Assembly (NCBI GenBank): GCA_977017645.1
Contig: OZ360241.1
Location: 73,594,001 to 73,658,000 of the forward strand
DNA length: 64,000 bases
Source: Torpedo marmorata
Lineage: Eukaryota
Reading direction: 5' to 3'
How positions within the stretch are numbered: position 1 is the stretch's first letter; every line of letters starts with the position of its first letter. This document shows, one piece after another, positions 11,613-25,410 of this stretch. The notes beneath the pieces are model-generated. The model saw nothing but the letters and a program-made list of their open reading frames with translations. It was not told the DNA's origin and searched no databases. Position numbers and translations under genes: made by a program.

Positions 11613-12463
11613 GGACCTGGGTTATTTAGTCAAATAGGATTTCATATGGCGGAACAAATTATTCAAAGGTACCACAAGCAAATACCAAATAACAGCAATT
11701 GTGTATTACTTGGACTGTTATTAATGAATTCATCAAGCAGTTTGTCATGGATGCTAATTCATTTCTCTTCTGTGGCATGATTGCGGATTTATGTGTTGCA
11801 ATAAAGCATTGAATGCTGGCATTCCCAGCGTAGATGCTCTTCACTTTCCTGAGGTCCAGGTTCGTTCCTCTCCTGGTGTCTCCAGGTTCAGCCACGAACT
11901 TAGCAGGTTGAGAGGCACCAAGTCAAGCCAGACATTTCTCCTCAACAAGCAGGCAGTGTGAATCTGGATCAATCTTCTCGAGACTTCAGTGCAGGAAGAG
12001 ACATCCCTACACAACAACACAAGTTTCACCGCGATTATAGCTTGATTTTGTCAGCTTTCTACACCAGTTACATGCAGCCTGAGGCTCGGATCGTGTTCTT
12101 TAAGGAGCTGATTAGATGGTGCTCTGCAGTCATATGATAGCAAGAATAATCCACCTCTTGTTCTTTGTCACCTGCTCCCAGATTCTAGATGCGTTGGATG
12201 CTTTATCTGGGTAATCACTGGAGTAAAAGCCTCCAAAGACTGTACAGAAGCAAAGAGGACACATTTTCATCAGAGGCTGTTGTGTCAGATGCATGTTAAA
12301 GGACTTCCTGTAACAACAAAAGCCTTTTCTTCTACCTCTTCTTCACCTCGTGTGCTCCTTTAACATGGGGTAGCTGTTGCAGAGGAACTACCCACACTCT
12401 TAGCAGAGCTGAGTCTTGGACCAAAGGTCTGAACCAATTGGAAACCAGGCTCTGTTGCAGATA

Positions 12464-12640
12464 TACACACACACATATGAACACAAACATATACATGAAC
12501 ACACACACACAGACATGCACATACACGAGTGCATACACATACACGGACACACACACCTATTCACACACACACACACACACACATACACACACCCCTACAC
12601 ACACACACACACACACACACAACTACATGGACACACTCTA
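12464..12640. repeat. Imperfect (CA)n microsatellite region
   Basis: Direct observation; it produces the spurious HT/CV-rich ORFs. Confidence 0.9.
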
Positions 12641-14469
12641 AAGACACACTGTCTCACTCTGCCATGTACACAAATCAACCACAGCAATCACCAATAGATT
12701 TGGATTTATGCTTTTCTGTTGCTCCCGGAGATGCTTTGAGTGGATCACATAGCACAATGACGGTGCTTGCCGGCCAAGCTGTCTGCAACCAGCACTTCAC
12801 TGACCATGAAGAAAACAAAGTCAGTCCTTGTCATTTAGTGCCATTTCAAATGACAACACAAGTTAGGAAGAAATATTATATAGGTCCATCAGATTTAACT
12901 TAACAGGGACTCCTATGTGCTTAAAATGATTGTAACGGACAGTCCAGAGATAATGACTGGAATGGCCTGGTTCAGAAACAGTTCTTTTTGGCATGACTGC
13001 CTTACTTGGGGTTATCTAAACTGGACCAAGGTCAGGTTCACGTTGAACACAGATCTTCCTCTGCTATGTGAAAGTTGTCAGAGCCCAGGCACTTTCAAAA
13101 GCTGTTGATCCATCCATGGGGGAAAAAATAGCACGTTTTGTCATTGACCTTGTCCAGATTCTTGGTCTAATTACAGGCTTTAAATGAAGATTCAGCAGTT
13201 CACAGTTGATAGTTACGCTGTCATCTCTGGAAGGATCTGGATGGACAAATGATACCTTCCAGCTTGACAGAAAGGTCAAAAATTGTGAAAAATCACTCAA
13301 GCCACATTATTTAATCCTCGTCCACTCCTCCATTATCAACTTCTGGGTCAAAGGCCAAATGATGGAAAATATCTTAAAGATATGAAAATGAACAATACTT
13401 TTAACAGTCACCAAAGCCCACTGGTCTGTTCTTCCATTCCAACAGATAATGTCGGCCCTTGTAAACATTTTCAAAATGATCCCCCACAAATTTTCTGGCA
13501 TGTCGAGAATTGTACGGTGTTCACAGATATCATGATTTGTATTACTAATTATTTCACACGTGTTAATTTTGGAAACACGTTATGCTTTGCACTCACAGGG
13601 CATAATCTTAACAGTGACACGGTCATTAATGGCCTCAGTGAGAAGACTTACGGATTTTCGATACAATAGGCTGCATCAAAAGTGGGAAGGAATTATTCCA
13701 AACTCATGCCCACTTTACACATTTCAGTGCCCTCAGGTGGCTGAAGCTGGAATGAATGTAGATCCAGTGAGATCTGGAGACCTTTTAAATCCTGAACTCA
13801 TTCTTTGACTGACCTTAACTATATTCTAAATCACAAATTACACAAAAAGCTGAATAAGCATCTTCCCTTACTACCTACTACCTACAACCTATCTTCAGAT
13901 AGAACAGGGGCGTATATCATTAGATTTGAAGGGATTTGAACAACCAGCTTCTCAGCAGTAACTGTACTAAATGAAGCAATGTTGCAATGGTTTTCAGTGT
14001 AACAGCAATGGTGAATTATACTACTTTGACCCTTTCATTTTGCTTTTCTCTCTTCCTCATGGTTAACAGATAAAAGTATCCCTTTATTAAAGAGCCAATA
14101 ATTCCTCCCCAGTTAGTGTATTAGGGGCTGTGCATTCTGCTCCATTCAAGTCATTGGAATCAATTGTAGTAGAGTACGCAGCCACATCCGTACAGTCTTA
14201 TGGGACAATAATGGATTTCTGCGAACTTGTTTCCCACTCTTTATCTCTCTTAAAGTTTAATGTTAATTAAGAATACTCTGGAGCTGGAATGATTCATTCC
14301 AATGGAAAACACAGTTTTTGCTCTGTTAGTTGTTTGAAGTCAGGGTGATGGCATTGGCCTCAGTGTACCTGGTTCAGGGATAGAGTTCTTGTCCTAAGTT
14401 CACTATCATCCTGTATCCCTGTTGGAAGCTCATGTTGATCATACCTCATCCATGATCCTGCGAGTTTCT

Positions 14470-15160
14470 GCAGATGCATGCCTCCTCGACAGCCTGGCAA
14501 CAGGCCGGTCCACGGAGCAGGCCGCGACATGGGCCCGGGGGTGGAGATTGATGTGGAGAGATGGAGAAGGTGATTGCATCAAACGAGCTGGTCCTTGCTC
14601 TCTGCCATTCCCATGTGGGTCTGTGACCTGACTTGTGGGCCTGACTGTTCGTGCACTGTGGACCTCGGTGTCTTCTCTTCCTGCCTGGTCGGCAGTGAAC
14701 AGACCAGTGCATGCGGCGGGCTGCTGGCGACTCGATGCGAGGAACCCGCGGAGGCTGTGGGCTGCTGGAGACTGCTGTCGGGGGACTCACGCCGGGCGCG
14801 GACTGCTGGAGGCTGGCTTGATCAGGCTGGAGGAGTACCAGGTATCGGAACTGGGATGCGAGGGGGTGCCGAGGGCGCCCTGACCGTGTTGGAGGTTCGA
14901 ATCTGGAGCTCGGGCTGCCATAGTTTGGACTGGACTCGGTGTGGCTGCGGAAGCGCTGGAAGCGAATCTACGAACACTCGGTGACTCTGGGGGACTCTCT
15001 TTTGCTTCTCTTTCTCTGACTGTAAGGAATGTTAGGGGCGCTTAGGCAATTTCTGCCGGTGGCGAATCTGTCTGCCTTGCAGCAGGCAAAAAGAAATTTC
15101 ATGGAATATGACACTGTCTTATTACTATGACAATAAATTGAATCTTGAATCTTGAATCTC
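14470..15160 (+). mobile_element. Unclassified non-autonomous retroposon with (CTTGAAT)n tail
   Basis: Same family as 10470-10942; CpG-retaining body; 3' end atgacaataaattgaatcttgaatcttgaatc. Confidence 0.7.
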
Positions 15161-15264
15161 GAAGATCTCATGAGCTAACCAGCTTGTGACTGGCACACCT
15201 GATTCATGGATCCATCCAACATGTGCTCCTCCCAAGGCCAGTCCCATCTCAGAAGATCGTCGAG

Positions 15265-15560
15265 TTAAACAGCACGGACTCAGGGCCTTCGGCCCACTGG
15301 TCCATGCTGGTCATGGAATCCACTTACACCAATCTTACATTATTCCCTACATTCTCCAGCTTCCACCCCCACGACACACCAGGGTCAATTCACAGTGCCC
15401 AATTAGCCTACAAGCCCACACGTGATGGGGATGTGGCAGTAAACAGGAGCACTCGTAGACAACCCACGCTGTCACCGGAAGAATATGCACACTTCAGACA
15501 GACAGGAGCAAAGGTCAGGACTGAACCTGGGATGCTGGAGCTCTGAGACTCCTCTCTCGG
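15265..15560 (-). mobile_element. Old tRNA-derived SINE
   Basis: acagcacggactcagggccttcggcccac 3' end and degenerate B-box/V-domain on the minus strand. Confidence 0.5.
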
Positions 15561-15936
15561 CATCACTGACACCCAGAGCTGCCTTGAAAATTGTAACCAA
15601 GTAGATTGATGTGTTTGATGTATTTTATTGAACTGCATAATTAAGCAAATTAACTTTCTTTTATCCTTAAAACTAGGACTAATATAACTTGTCCCCCTTG
15701 CTGCAGGATTGGAAATGAATTTATGCCTTTCTGTTGCGTCAGGATTGGACATCCAAATGGAGAGATGCAGCGGTGTTGATTGTCTGGATTTCTGTAACAC
15801 ACTGAGCCATGATATACGCCCCTGTGCTGTGCTGCTTTAGTGGAAACATTCAGGCACTAGATGTTGATAGATTTGGGTTCTGCTAGAGCCCAGCACCCTC
15901 TAGTGAGATGGTGCTGAGTAATCAGCCGCTCCCTAC

Positions 15937-16047
15937 CTCTCACGTATAGATTAGCGGGAGGAGAGTACCGCACCCCAGCGTTGTTCGATGCCACACACTC
16001 GTATTTCCCTTGGTCAGTTTCTTCGCTGTTCTCGATCTGCAGAGCAC
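15937..16047 (-). CDS. PTPRS: Receptor-type tyrosine phosphatase S exon (111 nt), second half of Ig domain 2
   Basis: tttcctgacag|GTGCTCTG...GTGAGAG|gtaggg; translates (G)[36 protein letters not shown]; SEETDQ and AGVRYS match PTPRS rather than PTPRD (SEESDQ, AGTRYS) as I recall those proteins. Confidence 0.95.
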
Positions 16048-16589
16048 CTGTCAGGAAACAAATGGCAGCAGGGGGAATTAAAACCTCAGCAGTTCTCGCT
16101 GACAGCTTGTAGAAATGGCTTCACTTTCCTTCCGCCCTTCCATGCCTTGCCTGAACCGCCATAACCCACATGTTTGGCTTAATCAAGAGCATAGCGCTGA
16201 CTGCTGGAAAAGCAGCTGATGATTGGATATCTTGGTCCTGAGGAGAGGTGAGCTCTTTCATCCAAATGCCAAGAACCTTTTCTGCTCTACTTTTCCAGTT
16301 ATAAATCCCAGGACCTGCTGGAAGATGGTGCACCTCTCAGCCAAAACTGTGAGCTCCCACCATTAACGCTATACAATTCAACCCTGCACGCAGACAGATC
16401 AGGAGCTCCAAGGCGATTGTGCCCCTGTAAGTGGTAGTGCAATCTGTCAAGGAGCTGTGGGCCTTGCTTCTATTAACTGGCTATACCATGATCAGCAGAG
16501 GGCAAGTAGTGAAATGTCCTCATGAGACACCTGTTAGAGTCATCTGAACAGGGAATCATTAACCATGAATATAGCATCTCCCTGTTAGG

Positions 16590-16885
16590 GTCATAGAGTT
16601 GTACAGCACAGAAATAGGCCCTTTGGTTCACCCCGGCCTTTTTGCCCATCTACAGTAATCCCATTTGTCCATATTAGGTGCATATCCTTCCAGCACCTGT
16701 CAAAACACCTCTTAAATGATGTAATTGCAACTGATTCCACCACCTCTTTAGCCAACGAGTTCCAAATATAAACCACTTTCTGCGTTTAAAAAAAAGTTCT
16801 CCACAAATCCACTCAACACTCCTTCCTCTCACCTTCAACCTGTACCCCCTACCATGGGAAAAATTGTGACTGTGCCATTTAACAG
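16590..16885 (-). mobile_element. CR1 LINE 3' fragment
   Basis: catagagttgtacagcacagaaataggccc 3' end; minus translation 'WNSLAKEVVES'. Confidence 0.7.
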
Positions 16886-19800
16886 GGAACGCACCAGTTT
16901 ATACGCCACCGATTATCTGTGTGGGCTGAAATGAGACAGGAACAGCCTGGGACCAACACTTTCTTCACTGTAACACTGCTTGGGGTACTCAGCTCAGACC
17001 TCTGAGGTCAGTAGCCTGATCTCAAAGTTGTAGTTACATTCAACCTCACCTCCTGCCCAAGGGCACTATGTAACCCTTTAATAGGTCCAAGTCTGAAAAA
17101 ACAGCTTGGTATACTCTTGAGTCCAAGGTGCTCCGAACCTGTAGCCCAGTTTCAACTTTCCAATGCAAGTTCAGGCAATCCCATTTAAATTTAAATCTCT
17201 GTTTAAAAATGGGGCCAAACAGCGATGAGAGATGGGTGATGGGATGTTATAGCCTATAATACTGAAACATTAGAAAGACAAATATCTGATACTTGTATCA
17301 AAGACACTTTTCAAATAGAGTCATAGAAGTATACGGTCCCAATGTAGATTGGTGTAGACAGGTAAAGGGATCGGCATGGACCTGATGGCCGAAGGGTCTG
17401 TCCGCTGTACAACTCTATGACTCTAACTTTGCAATGCACATACTCTCTGAGATGTGTACTTAACATGAATCATTCTCATCCAAAGGAGGCTGAAATGGGA
17501 AAACAAAACACGTGAAGCCATTCACAAATCTATTTCCCTATTAGTTCACTGCTCCCAGTAATGGGGTCCCATTGTTTACAGCTGAATCTTTCCGCATTCC
17601 CACCTTCACATAGTCACCTCCTCCCGCAACCAATCCTGGTGGCATTGGCAGCTTGGAACTCTGACCCTTGAATGCAGCCATACTTCTTGTCAGTTTGGTT
17701 TGCCCTCTCATGGGCCCCTTGCTCGATCGGCACATAGCTGTGCACTTGCAAAGGGCATCGTAGAATTGGGAGAAACACACCATCAGCACATAGGACTCCG
17801 GCCCGAATGAGACACAGGGTCTTGAGGCGGGCTGGGATTTTATTTTCATTTCTGAGTTTACTTTTCAGGTTATTTTCCTAAACTTAAAGTCTGGCATTTT
17901 ATTTGAAAAGATCTTTCTGTACATTCCTTTCAACTGCCATCCCTTCCTTTCCGAAATACTGGGGTTTATGCCTTTTAAGGCCTCGATGTTCTTCCGATGC
18001 CTCTTCGAGAGCTCACTCCTCACGACTGGACCTGATAAATTAGATGCCAGGTGTCAGGAATAATTAAGACTTTAAGGCCAAGGCCTTTCTGTTTTTGCCC
18101 AGGTCCCATCATGCACTGTGACCAAGCACAACTCAGGATTAGAATTCTTCCTTCTCACCCTCTGGGAAAACTTCCTGTCACGCCCTGTCCGGCCAATGTG
18201 GCAGCAGTAATGGATCAAACCTTGGACCTGCCCTGGTCTTGATGTATTGGAAACCCTTGCCTGAATCTCCAGCATGCCGCCTTTGCCGGTCGTGCAGGAC
18301 TGCTGGAGATCAGCATGTTGTCCAACTGTCTCGACTATCAATGCACCAGGGAAGGCCCTCCACCGTCATCACCCTCACTTTCCCTTCCCTTGTTCATATT
18401 CCAGAGCAGATGGGCAAGACTGGTCCTTCACCCACGGCTTGTAAACATGGGCTGTGAACGATCATCTTCGATGTTGGGAGGTGCAGTATGAGAATACTCC
18501 AGCAGTTTGACTTCCCGTGATTCAGTTAGCCTGGGGCAAAGGCAGCAGAGGCAGGCATTTCCTAGGCCAGAAGGCTGCAGCATTGATAGGAAGCATCCCC
18601 TGGTTCAGGGGGCCGGCATCAGCCGATTCCTACGTACTGAAAGATTTATATGAACGAAGGGCTCAGTGAAGGCTACAGCTGTAACCATTGCCAGGCTCAC
18701 TATTATCAGGTACAGACTGAGCAGCAAGCTAGAGAACTCTTCTCTTTAAGGATTTATCAGCATTATCTCCACTGTAAGGGGGTTTGAGAAGACAGGAAAG
18801 GGGATCGCAGCAAGCTTTGAAAATTATATGGGCTTCTAATCAGAGGTTCTGAGGACAGGGCTCCACATTAGTGGAACTACACCCTCCTATTAAAGTCTGC
18901 AACCTTCAGATTGAGCTCAAGATGGTTCCACTGGGATGGAGGCTGATACATTTCTCCTGGATAGTAGCAGAGGTAGGGAACAAAGAATGCAGGAGGCACT
19001 GAGGAGCAGAGTTCCAGTTGTGTTGAATCACAGTACATTTCATTCTGTGAAGAGAACACAGAACCCTGCGTTCCAGTTGGCTGAATCACTCGTTCTCCAC
19101 ACATACTGTCCACACCCCCCACCCCCCACCCCCCCTCCACCCGTACCTGAAGGCCTTCGAGCACTGGTCCTGAGCTATCTGTTCCCTCCGCCCTGTGGGC
19201 ATCATCATTTGTGAAGTGTCGGGACTCCCGTATGATCCTATCCTTGCGTGAAATCTGTGAGGCGGTTTGTCTTCCTGCCCGGAGAAGCGGGATGTACAAA
19301 GCCAGTTCGCTCACCAAGCCCAGGAGCACAGTGGTTCATCAGAGCGCTCCACACACCATCCTGAGAGCAAAGGCTGGGTCCTAAATTTTATAAATAGTCC
19401 ATGGGTCGTGTGAAGAGGGAAGTCTTTAAAGGCCCATTATGGAGTTGCTGGACAGTTGGAGAACTGGATAGGAGATTGATTTTGTTGGCACTTTTCATTG
19501 AAACAATAGTCCAGATCACAGGGCTGGATATGTGGACATTATGAACATAGCACAGATATTTCTAACACAGAATTAAGCTTCAGGATGTGGGATAATGACA
19601 CCCTATATAGACTGTGCCACCTTATAACAGAAAGAGCAAAGACTTTTGAGCACTAGATTTCATAAAAATAATTTAATACACACACCACACCCGCAGTTTC
19701 TATTTTGTTTTTATCGACAAAGATGTCAGTCTCATTAGTCCTTGTGGCAACAGCACTCCTAGGTTATCGCGTGCGAGTGCCCTAACTAGAAGCGAGGCAT

Positions 19801-20386
19801 GACGGAGACAAGGGTTTCCTTGCAGCACTGATGTGAAGTCATGTATGTACTCTGACAATAAATCTGAAATCTGAAACCTGCTCATCTCTTCTTCCATGAC
19901 GACCTGCCTACAATTATAACCAATACAAGCCTGCCAAGCAAAAAAGTTCCTTGAGCTGGACCTGTCGAGGCAAAGATTGCCCAGGAGGGAATCTTCAATG
20001 CAATAGTTATCACATAGTAAGGTCCTCCAAAGTAAATAAAAGAACGAAGCTTGAAAAGTAAAAGGAGACAAAAGTTTTCAGTGGAGTCAGGTTGGCGGGG
20101 GCTGACATTGAGAGACAAATATGGAGCTGTGACTGGTTTTATGACACACAAAGCTATGATATGCTTTCAGTCAAAGCATATCGAATAGAGAAATATTGCT
20201 CTATTTAATACGTTCCAAAAAAAAACACAAGAGACAAACGGCAACAAAATACCAGACAGAAATAAAAGACGATTCTTTTGTTAAACGAAAATGAAAAGTT
20301 CTGAAAGAAATTGTAAAGGATAAGTAATTAAAACAAAAAGTCAACTAAAGAGAAGGTGAAAGTTCACCGACTTCCATCATTCTTAC

Positions 20387-20404
20387 CTCGTATTGGAGTA
20401 CCAC
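20387..20404 (-). CDS. PTPRS: LAR-RPTP mini-exon A6 (18 nt, GGTPIR) within Ig2
   Basis: Minus strand ...aactaatggttcttctttttaatcttatttgcattcatattatcctcgcag|GTGGTACTCCAATACGAG|gtaagaat; phase-1 reading GGT GGT ACT CCA ATA CGA = GGTPIR; branch-point-like ctaat and a strong donor. Confidence 0.94.
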
Positions 20405-20869
20405 CTGCGAGGATAATATGAATGCAAATAAGATTAAAAAGAAGAACCATTAGTTGAAGAAGACAGGTTGCGGGCTTTAGCAGCAGAAGCAGATTTTAGA
20501 AGTTTTCAGACATATAAACACTTCATTCTTTTTTTAAACTGCTGGTGGACCTCCAGTTAAAGGAAGACTGCCCGGAGAGGGGAGATGCCACATTTGAGGG
20601 GGTAGGAATGCTGAGCTTCCCAAGTCCAGAGCTTGGCAGCTTCGCAAACTCAGACCGCTGATGGATGTTCACCCACGAGGCATTCGATGCAAGGTATCCG
20701 TCGACCCGGCAACAGGACAGGGGGGTCGGAAGTGACCTGACTGGCTGGCGCGAGGCACCTCAAGCGGTCGGAGGATCAGCACTCTCTCCCCTCTCTCTCA
20801 AATTAATTAAACACTTTCCCCAGTTCCTAAAGCCTCAGACTAATCCTGTGATTGAGCTCTGTTGGCACC

Positions 20870-21380
20870 ACAGAGTCATGGAATCATACACCACAGGAAC
20901 AGACCCCCTGGCCCACCACATCCATGCTGTTGCTTTTGCCTCTCTGCACTAATCCCATCTGCCTGCATTAGGACTGTATCCTTCTGTGCTTTGCATATTT
21001 AAGTATCCGTCTAAATGGCTCTTAAACGTAGTAATTGTATCTGGAAGCATGTACCAATTAGCAAACACTCTCTGTATAAAAACTTAGGCCCCAGATACCC
21101 TTTGAAACTCCTTCTCACACCTTAAAATGACGCCCTCCTGTTTCTGATACCTCTGCCACGAGGAAAAGATTTTGCTATCTGTCCTATCCACATCAACCAT
21201 TATCTATCAGGTGACCCCTCAGCCTCCTTCATTCCAAGGAAGAGAAGCTCAGCCTGTCCCCCGTCCCCCCCCCCACCTCCACCATCACTAAAGTCATCCT
21301 ATCTAGGGAACATCCCGGTGAATCTCCTCTGCACTCTCCCCATAGCGTGGTGATCAGAAGTGAATCACTGCAGGTGAAAG
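20870..21380 (-). mobile_element. Degenerate CR1 LINE 3' fragment
   Basis: agtcatggaatcatacaccacaggaacagacccc 3' end and atcaggtgacccctcagcctcc / catcccggtgaatctcctctgcactctc motifs. Confidence 0.65.
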
Positions 21381-22769
21381 TAACTTGAAGCCTACCCCGC
21401 AGCTATCAGGCTCCTGAATGAACCCCACAAACAGTGCTATCATGCTACCCTTGCTTGGTACTAATTGATATTTTTTTAATTGTAACTCTACCCTCTGTAA
21501 ATTGTGCTCTTCTACTTTGTACAGCTGTATGTTAGAGCTTATTATTCACAGAAGAACCCTTCTCACTGTCCTGGGCATAATGTGACAAATAAATATCTTA
21601 AAGTTAAAACTTAACAAGGAGGTACGGTAGCTGGAGGAGCTGACAATCATTGAGCACTCCTGGGTCAAATGGGTTTTTGCAGTACGGTGCTAAATTAGGA
21701 TTTCTATCGTGGAAGATACATACCTTAGTCTGTTTCTCCCACGTGTCTAGTACCTTATCCCAAATCATCATCTGATCAACAGCTTGGTGGCAACCCATTG
21801 ATCATTGTCCAACCCCCACAACGCAGGCCCTAAACTCCACTAACCCCATCCCTGCCCACTTATCTGAGCTCCACCACCACAATAAACCCTCCTGGCCCCA
21901 ATCTTGCTCACTGACGCCATGAGCACGCCACATGGTTCCCTTCTACCCCACCCAACCCTCAGCCAATGGCCGCTGGCCAATCTCTCCTCACTCACGTCAC
22001 CAACTTGGCCTTGGAGCAGGGCAACATATTCACAACCCCAAACACATTCAATGCCTGAATCTACATCACCCAGTGCATGGCGATGCACCAGAGATTTCAG
22101 GGAAGTCTGCTGCGGTGTTGTTTGAAAACTAACCACTAGAGGGTGCCTGTGTACAGCCCAGAGCCCAGAAGAAAGGGTCAAAACAGATGGAACTTTTTCT
22201 CTTGTCTCCAATGATGTCTCCCATCCCATGGTTAATGTCTGTGCTGTCAGAGAAAGGTACAACACCTGGCTCACCATGGAAGCTGCTGAGAGACAGCCGA
22301 CCAGTCTAACCTCACTTCCCAGCTCCGGACCTGTTACCTGCACCAAACGAAGGCGATCAGATACTGTTGAAAATGACTCGCTGGGAAACTCCAACATTGC
22401 TCAGATGGGATATTTAAAGCATTGTGAGCAGTCACAGCATTTGACTGCTCTGAGAGTGTGGCACAATCTTTCTTTAAAAGGTGGCAGACACCAACATAGT
22501 GGCACAGTTTCAGGCAACATTTTACCACATTCTTAAAATCCGGCAAATGCTCGGGCTCTTGGACTCAGAGCTCAAACTAGTCGTGGATATTGATTGTTCA
22601 GCAGCCATTTCGGAAGGGAGGTGGATTACACTCCTACGCATTCTGGAACATTCCACTGAATAATGAACCCTCTTTCTGTGCTGTCGTGGGCAATCCAAGT
22701 CCAAGATCACCAGTGAACCGTGATCAGCTGATGGACTACCTTGGGGAAGAGGTGGAAAGGGATCCTTTT

Positions 22770-23028
22770 TTAAAAAAAATTTAGACATACAGCACGGTAA
22801 CAGGCCATTTCGGCCCATGAGTCCGTGCCGCCCAATTTTACATCCCATTAACCTACACCCCAGGTACGTTTTGATGGTGGGAGGAAACCAGAGCCCCCGG
22901 AGAAAACCCACGCAGACACGGGGAGAACGTACAAACTCCTTACAGACAGCGCGAGATTCGAACCCCAGTCCGGTCCCGATCGCTGGCGCTGTAAAGGCAT
23001 TACGCTAACCGCTACGCCAACTGTGCCC
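22770..23028 (-). mobile_element. Young tRNA-derived SINE (HE1/V-SINE-like)
   Basis: Full-length reverse copy: gggcacagttggcgtagcggttagcg...ggggttcgaatctcgcgctgtctgtaaggagtttgtacgttctcccc; many CpGs retained. Confidence 0.9.
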
Positions 23029-23064
23029 GTAAATCCATTTCTGATCCATTTTGCAGGATAATTT

Positions 23065-23400
23065 AGGACAGTACAGCCGCACAGCAAGTATAGCCATGGC
23101 TTCTCAGCGCTTGCGACCTGGGATCTATCCTGACCTTGGACCCTGTCTGTTTGGAGTTTGCACGGTCTTCCTACAACCCCTTGGATTTGTTCTGGTTTCC
23201 TCACGCATCCCATTTTAGGTTAATTGGCTGCTCTAAATTATCCCTGGTGTAAGTTAATGGTAGCATCTGGGAGAATTGATTAAAAAATGTAAGGAGAATA
23301 AAAAAAATGGAATTAATGTAGTACTGGTGTAAATGGATGGCTGGTGGTCAGTAGGGACCCAATGCAGTAAAGGGCCTGTTTCTTTTGGCTGTGTTTCTCT
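23065..23400 (+). mobile_element. Older SINE copy, head-to-head with the previous one
   Basis: gtttggagtttgcacggtcttcc...ggtttcctcacgcatccc...aaagggcctgtttc. Confidence 0.55.
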
Positions 23401-24239
23401 CCGAGACTCGAAAGTTCACTGCCAAAAAAAAGGGGAATTTGGGAGGGAGACAAAGCTGCTTGCTTTAGTACTTGGGCTGCATAGAGTTGCTTATAATGCC
23501 CATGTTTAGAGAGAGAATTGTTCATGTTTAGGCACATTAAACTGTGGGGGGATGGCAGGCTAATGAGTGCTTTGTTTGAGGGTGGAAATTCAGTACTATA
23601 TAAAGGTCTGAAGGCCAGTGCGCAACTGAAGCCTTTGCATACGTTGCAAGGAAACCAGATAAGTCCAATGGCACGGGGCAGAGAAAAGTCTTAGGTGTTT
23701 GGGATTGGAAGGATAGTTATTGGGCCAGATCAGAAGAGAGGCTGATGGCTGGGAGAAGAAGGGGAGGTAATCATGGTGGGAGTCAGACCACGATGAGAAG
23801 AGGGATCAGGTCCGAAATGGAAAAGATATGGGCAGGAATTTGGTAGGGAAGTGAAAGTCAGCAGTTCAGGAAGGTGGGGGAACCACTGGCAGGTTAACGG
23901 CCAGTGTTGGGGGGAGGGCAAGGGTTCCAAGGGAGGGAGAAGGGGTGTGGGAGTTGGGGAGTACCTGCTCTGACACCCGTCCTGTAGGTAACACGGAAGG
24001 TAGCTTCACCCAGGGTTGTACAAAGACACCTATTGTCTGAGTCACTCACGGCGATTGGAACCATCAACAACAATCCAGGGGTGTTTTATGCACATCCCTG
24101 AGATCCACCATACATTGACACATTGGATGTGTCGAAGAGGCAAGAGGAAAATTGTGGATGGTCGTAAACACCCCATTTTCCTCATGGTTTCACTTGCCAA
24201 TGAAGTTATGTTGTGTAGGGCATAAAAGTACAAAACAAT

Positions 24240-24405
24240 ATTTATTTATTTATTTTTATAGATAAAATACTTGTCCTGCATATGTATTGTTTGTCTGTAT
24301 GTGTGTTATATCTGGTTGTGTGTCTGCATGTTTTGCACCGAGGACCAGAGAACGCTGTTTCGTCGGGTTGTACTTGTGCAATCAGATGACAATAAACTTG
24401 ACTTA
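24240..24405 (+). mobile_element. Rex1/Babar-type LINE 3' UTR fragment
   Basis: gcaccgaggaccagagaacgctgtttcgtcgggttgtacttgtgcaatcagatgacaataaacttgactt; related ends at 36900-37000 and 42030-42095. Confidence 0.6.
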
Positions 24406-25109
24406 AGTGTAGCACCACCCAATCCTATTTCCACGTCTGTGAGTTTTGAAACAAGGGATTCTACTTTAATTAAAGGATGTCTTGGGCTTTTCAAACAGAA
24501 TATATTCACCCTCTATAAGGACATCTTGTGTCTTTGATGAAAATATGGCCATTTACCAATTATCTCATCACAGAGGAAAAAGGATTATCTCTTGCCTGGC
24601 ATTCAGGAGCTGTAGCAGGAATTGGCAGGTCAGGTGAGGTACAGTTGGGTGGAGAATAACCTCTGTCCTCTGGCCCAACAATCTGGCTCAGCTCCACGCT
24701 CAGATGAATCGGCCATAATCTGTCAAGGTGTCATGTTGGCTCATGTTCATCTGTTCAGGAGACATTACCTCGGTGCTGGGGTGAGGTGACAGACACGAGT
24801 CATCCTCCAGCTCTTGCTAAATCTCACTGCTGATGCGTGAATATGCTTGATGGGACAAGGTGGTAATTGGATTGTGGAGATGTCATTCAATGAGTCATAA
24901 TATCCGTCCTCGTGGCATTAAACCTCCACACTTCCTGTTGGGGTTCTAGGACAGAAATATGGAGACCCCTTCTCCCTACCCACCTCATCCCATTCCACAC
25001 CAGTTATTCCTGAACTCAAGAGCACTGAGCTCCAGTACTCTAATGACAACGTTGTTTAAGTGACACAATACATCATTGGCAGGGTGTTGGAGGAGGTTGT
25101 TACTGGAGA

Positions 25110-25410
25110 TGGGAGACGATTATTGGTGGTGTAATGGGTAGAGCTGCTGCCTTGTAGTATTGGAGACAGGGTTCAATCCTGACCTTGGGCACTCTGTGGA
25201 GTTTGCATATTCTCCCCATGATGGCGTGGGATTTCCCCCCTCCCTGGCCCAGGGTGCACTCTTTTCTTTTTTCAAATTACCCTAGGCAAAAGAAAATAAA
25301 GACGTTGGGGAGTTGCAGGAATATAGGGAATGGGATAGACAGGAATCCCTGCTGGCAGCCGGCATGGACACAATGGGCTGAACAACCTTCTTCTGTGTCA
25401 TACTTAGTGT
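25110..25410 (+). mobile_element. Older tRNA-derived SINE
   Basis: ggtggtgtaatgggtagagctgctgcc...gggttcaatcctgacc...gtggagtttgca (A/B boxes and V-domain). Confidence 0.6.

Noticed and set aside
12332-12903. His/Thr- and Cys/Val-rich ORFs
   Set aside because: Translations of (CA)n/(TG)n microsatellite.
17950-18760. Possible ancient LINE remnant (similar impression at 21800-22720 and 24600-24900)
   Set aside because: Composition is suggestive but I could not read a diagnostic RT or endonuclease motif; needs a profile search.
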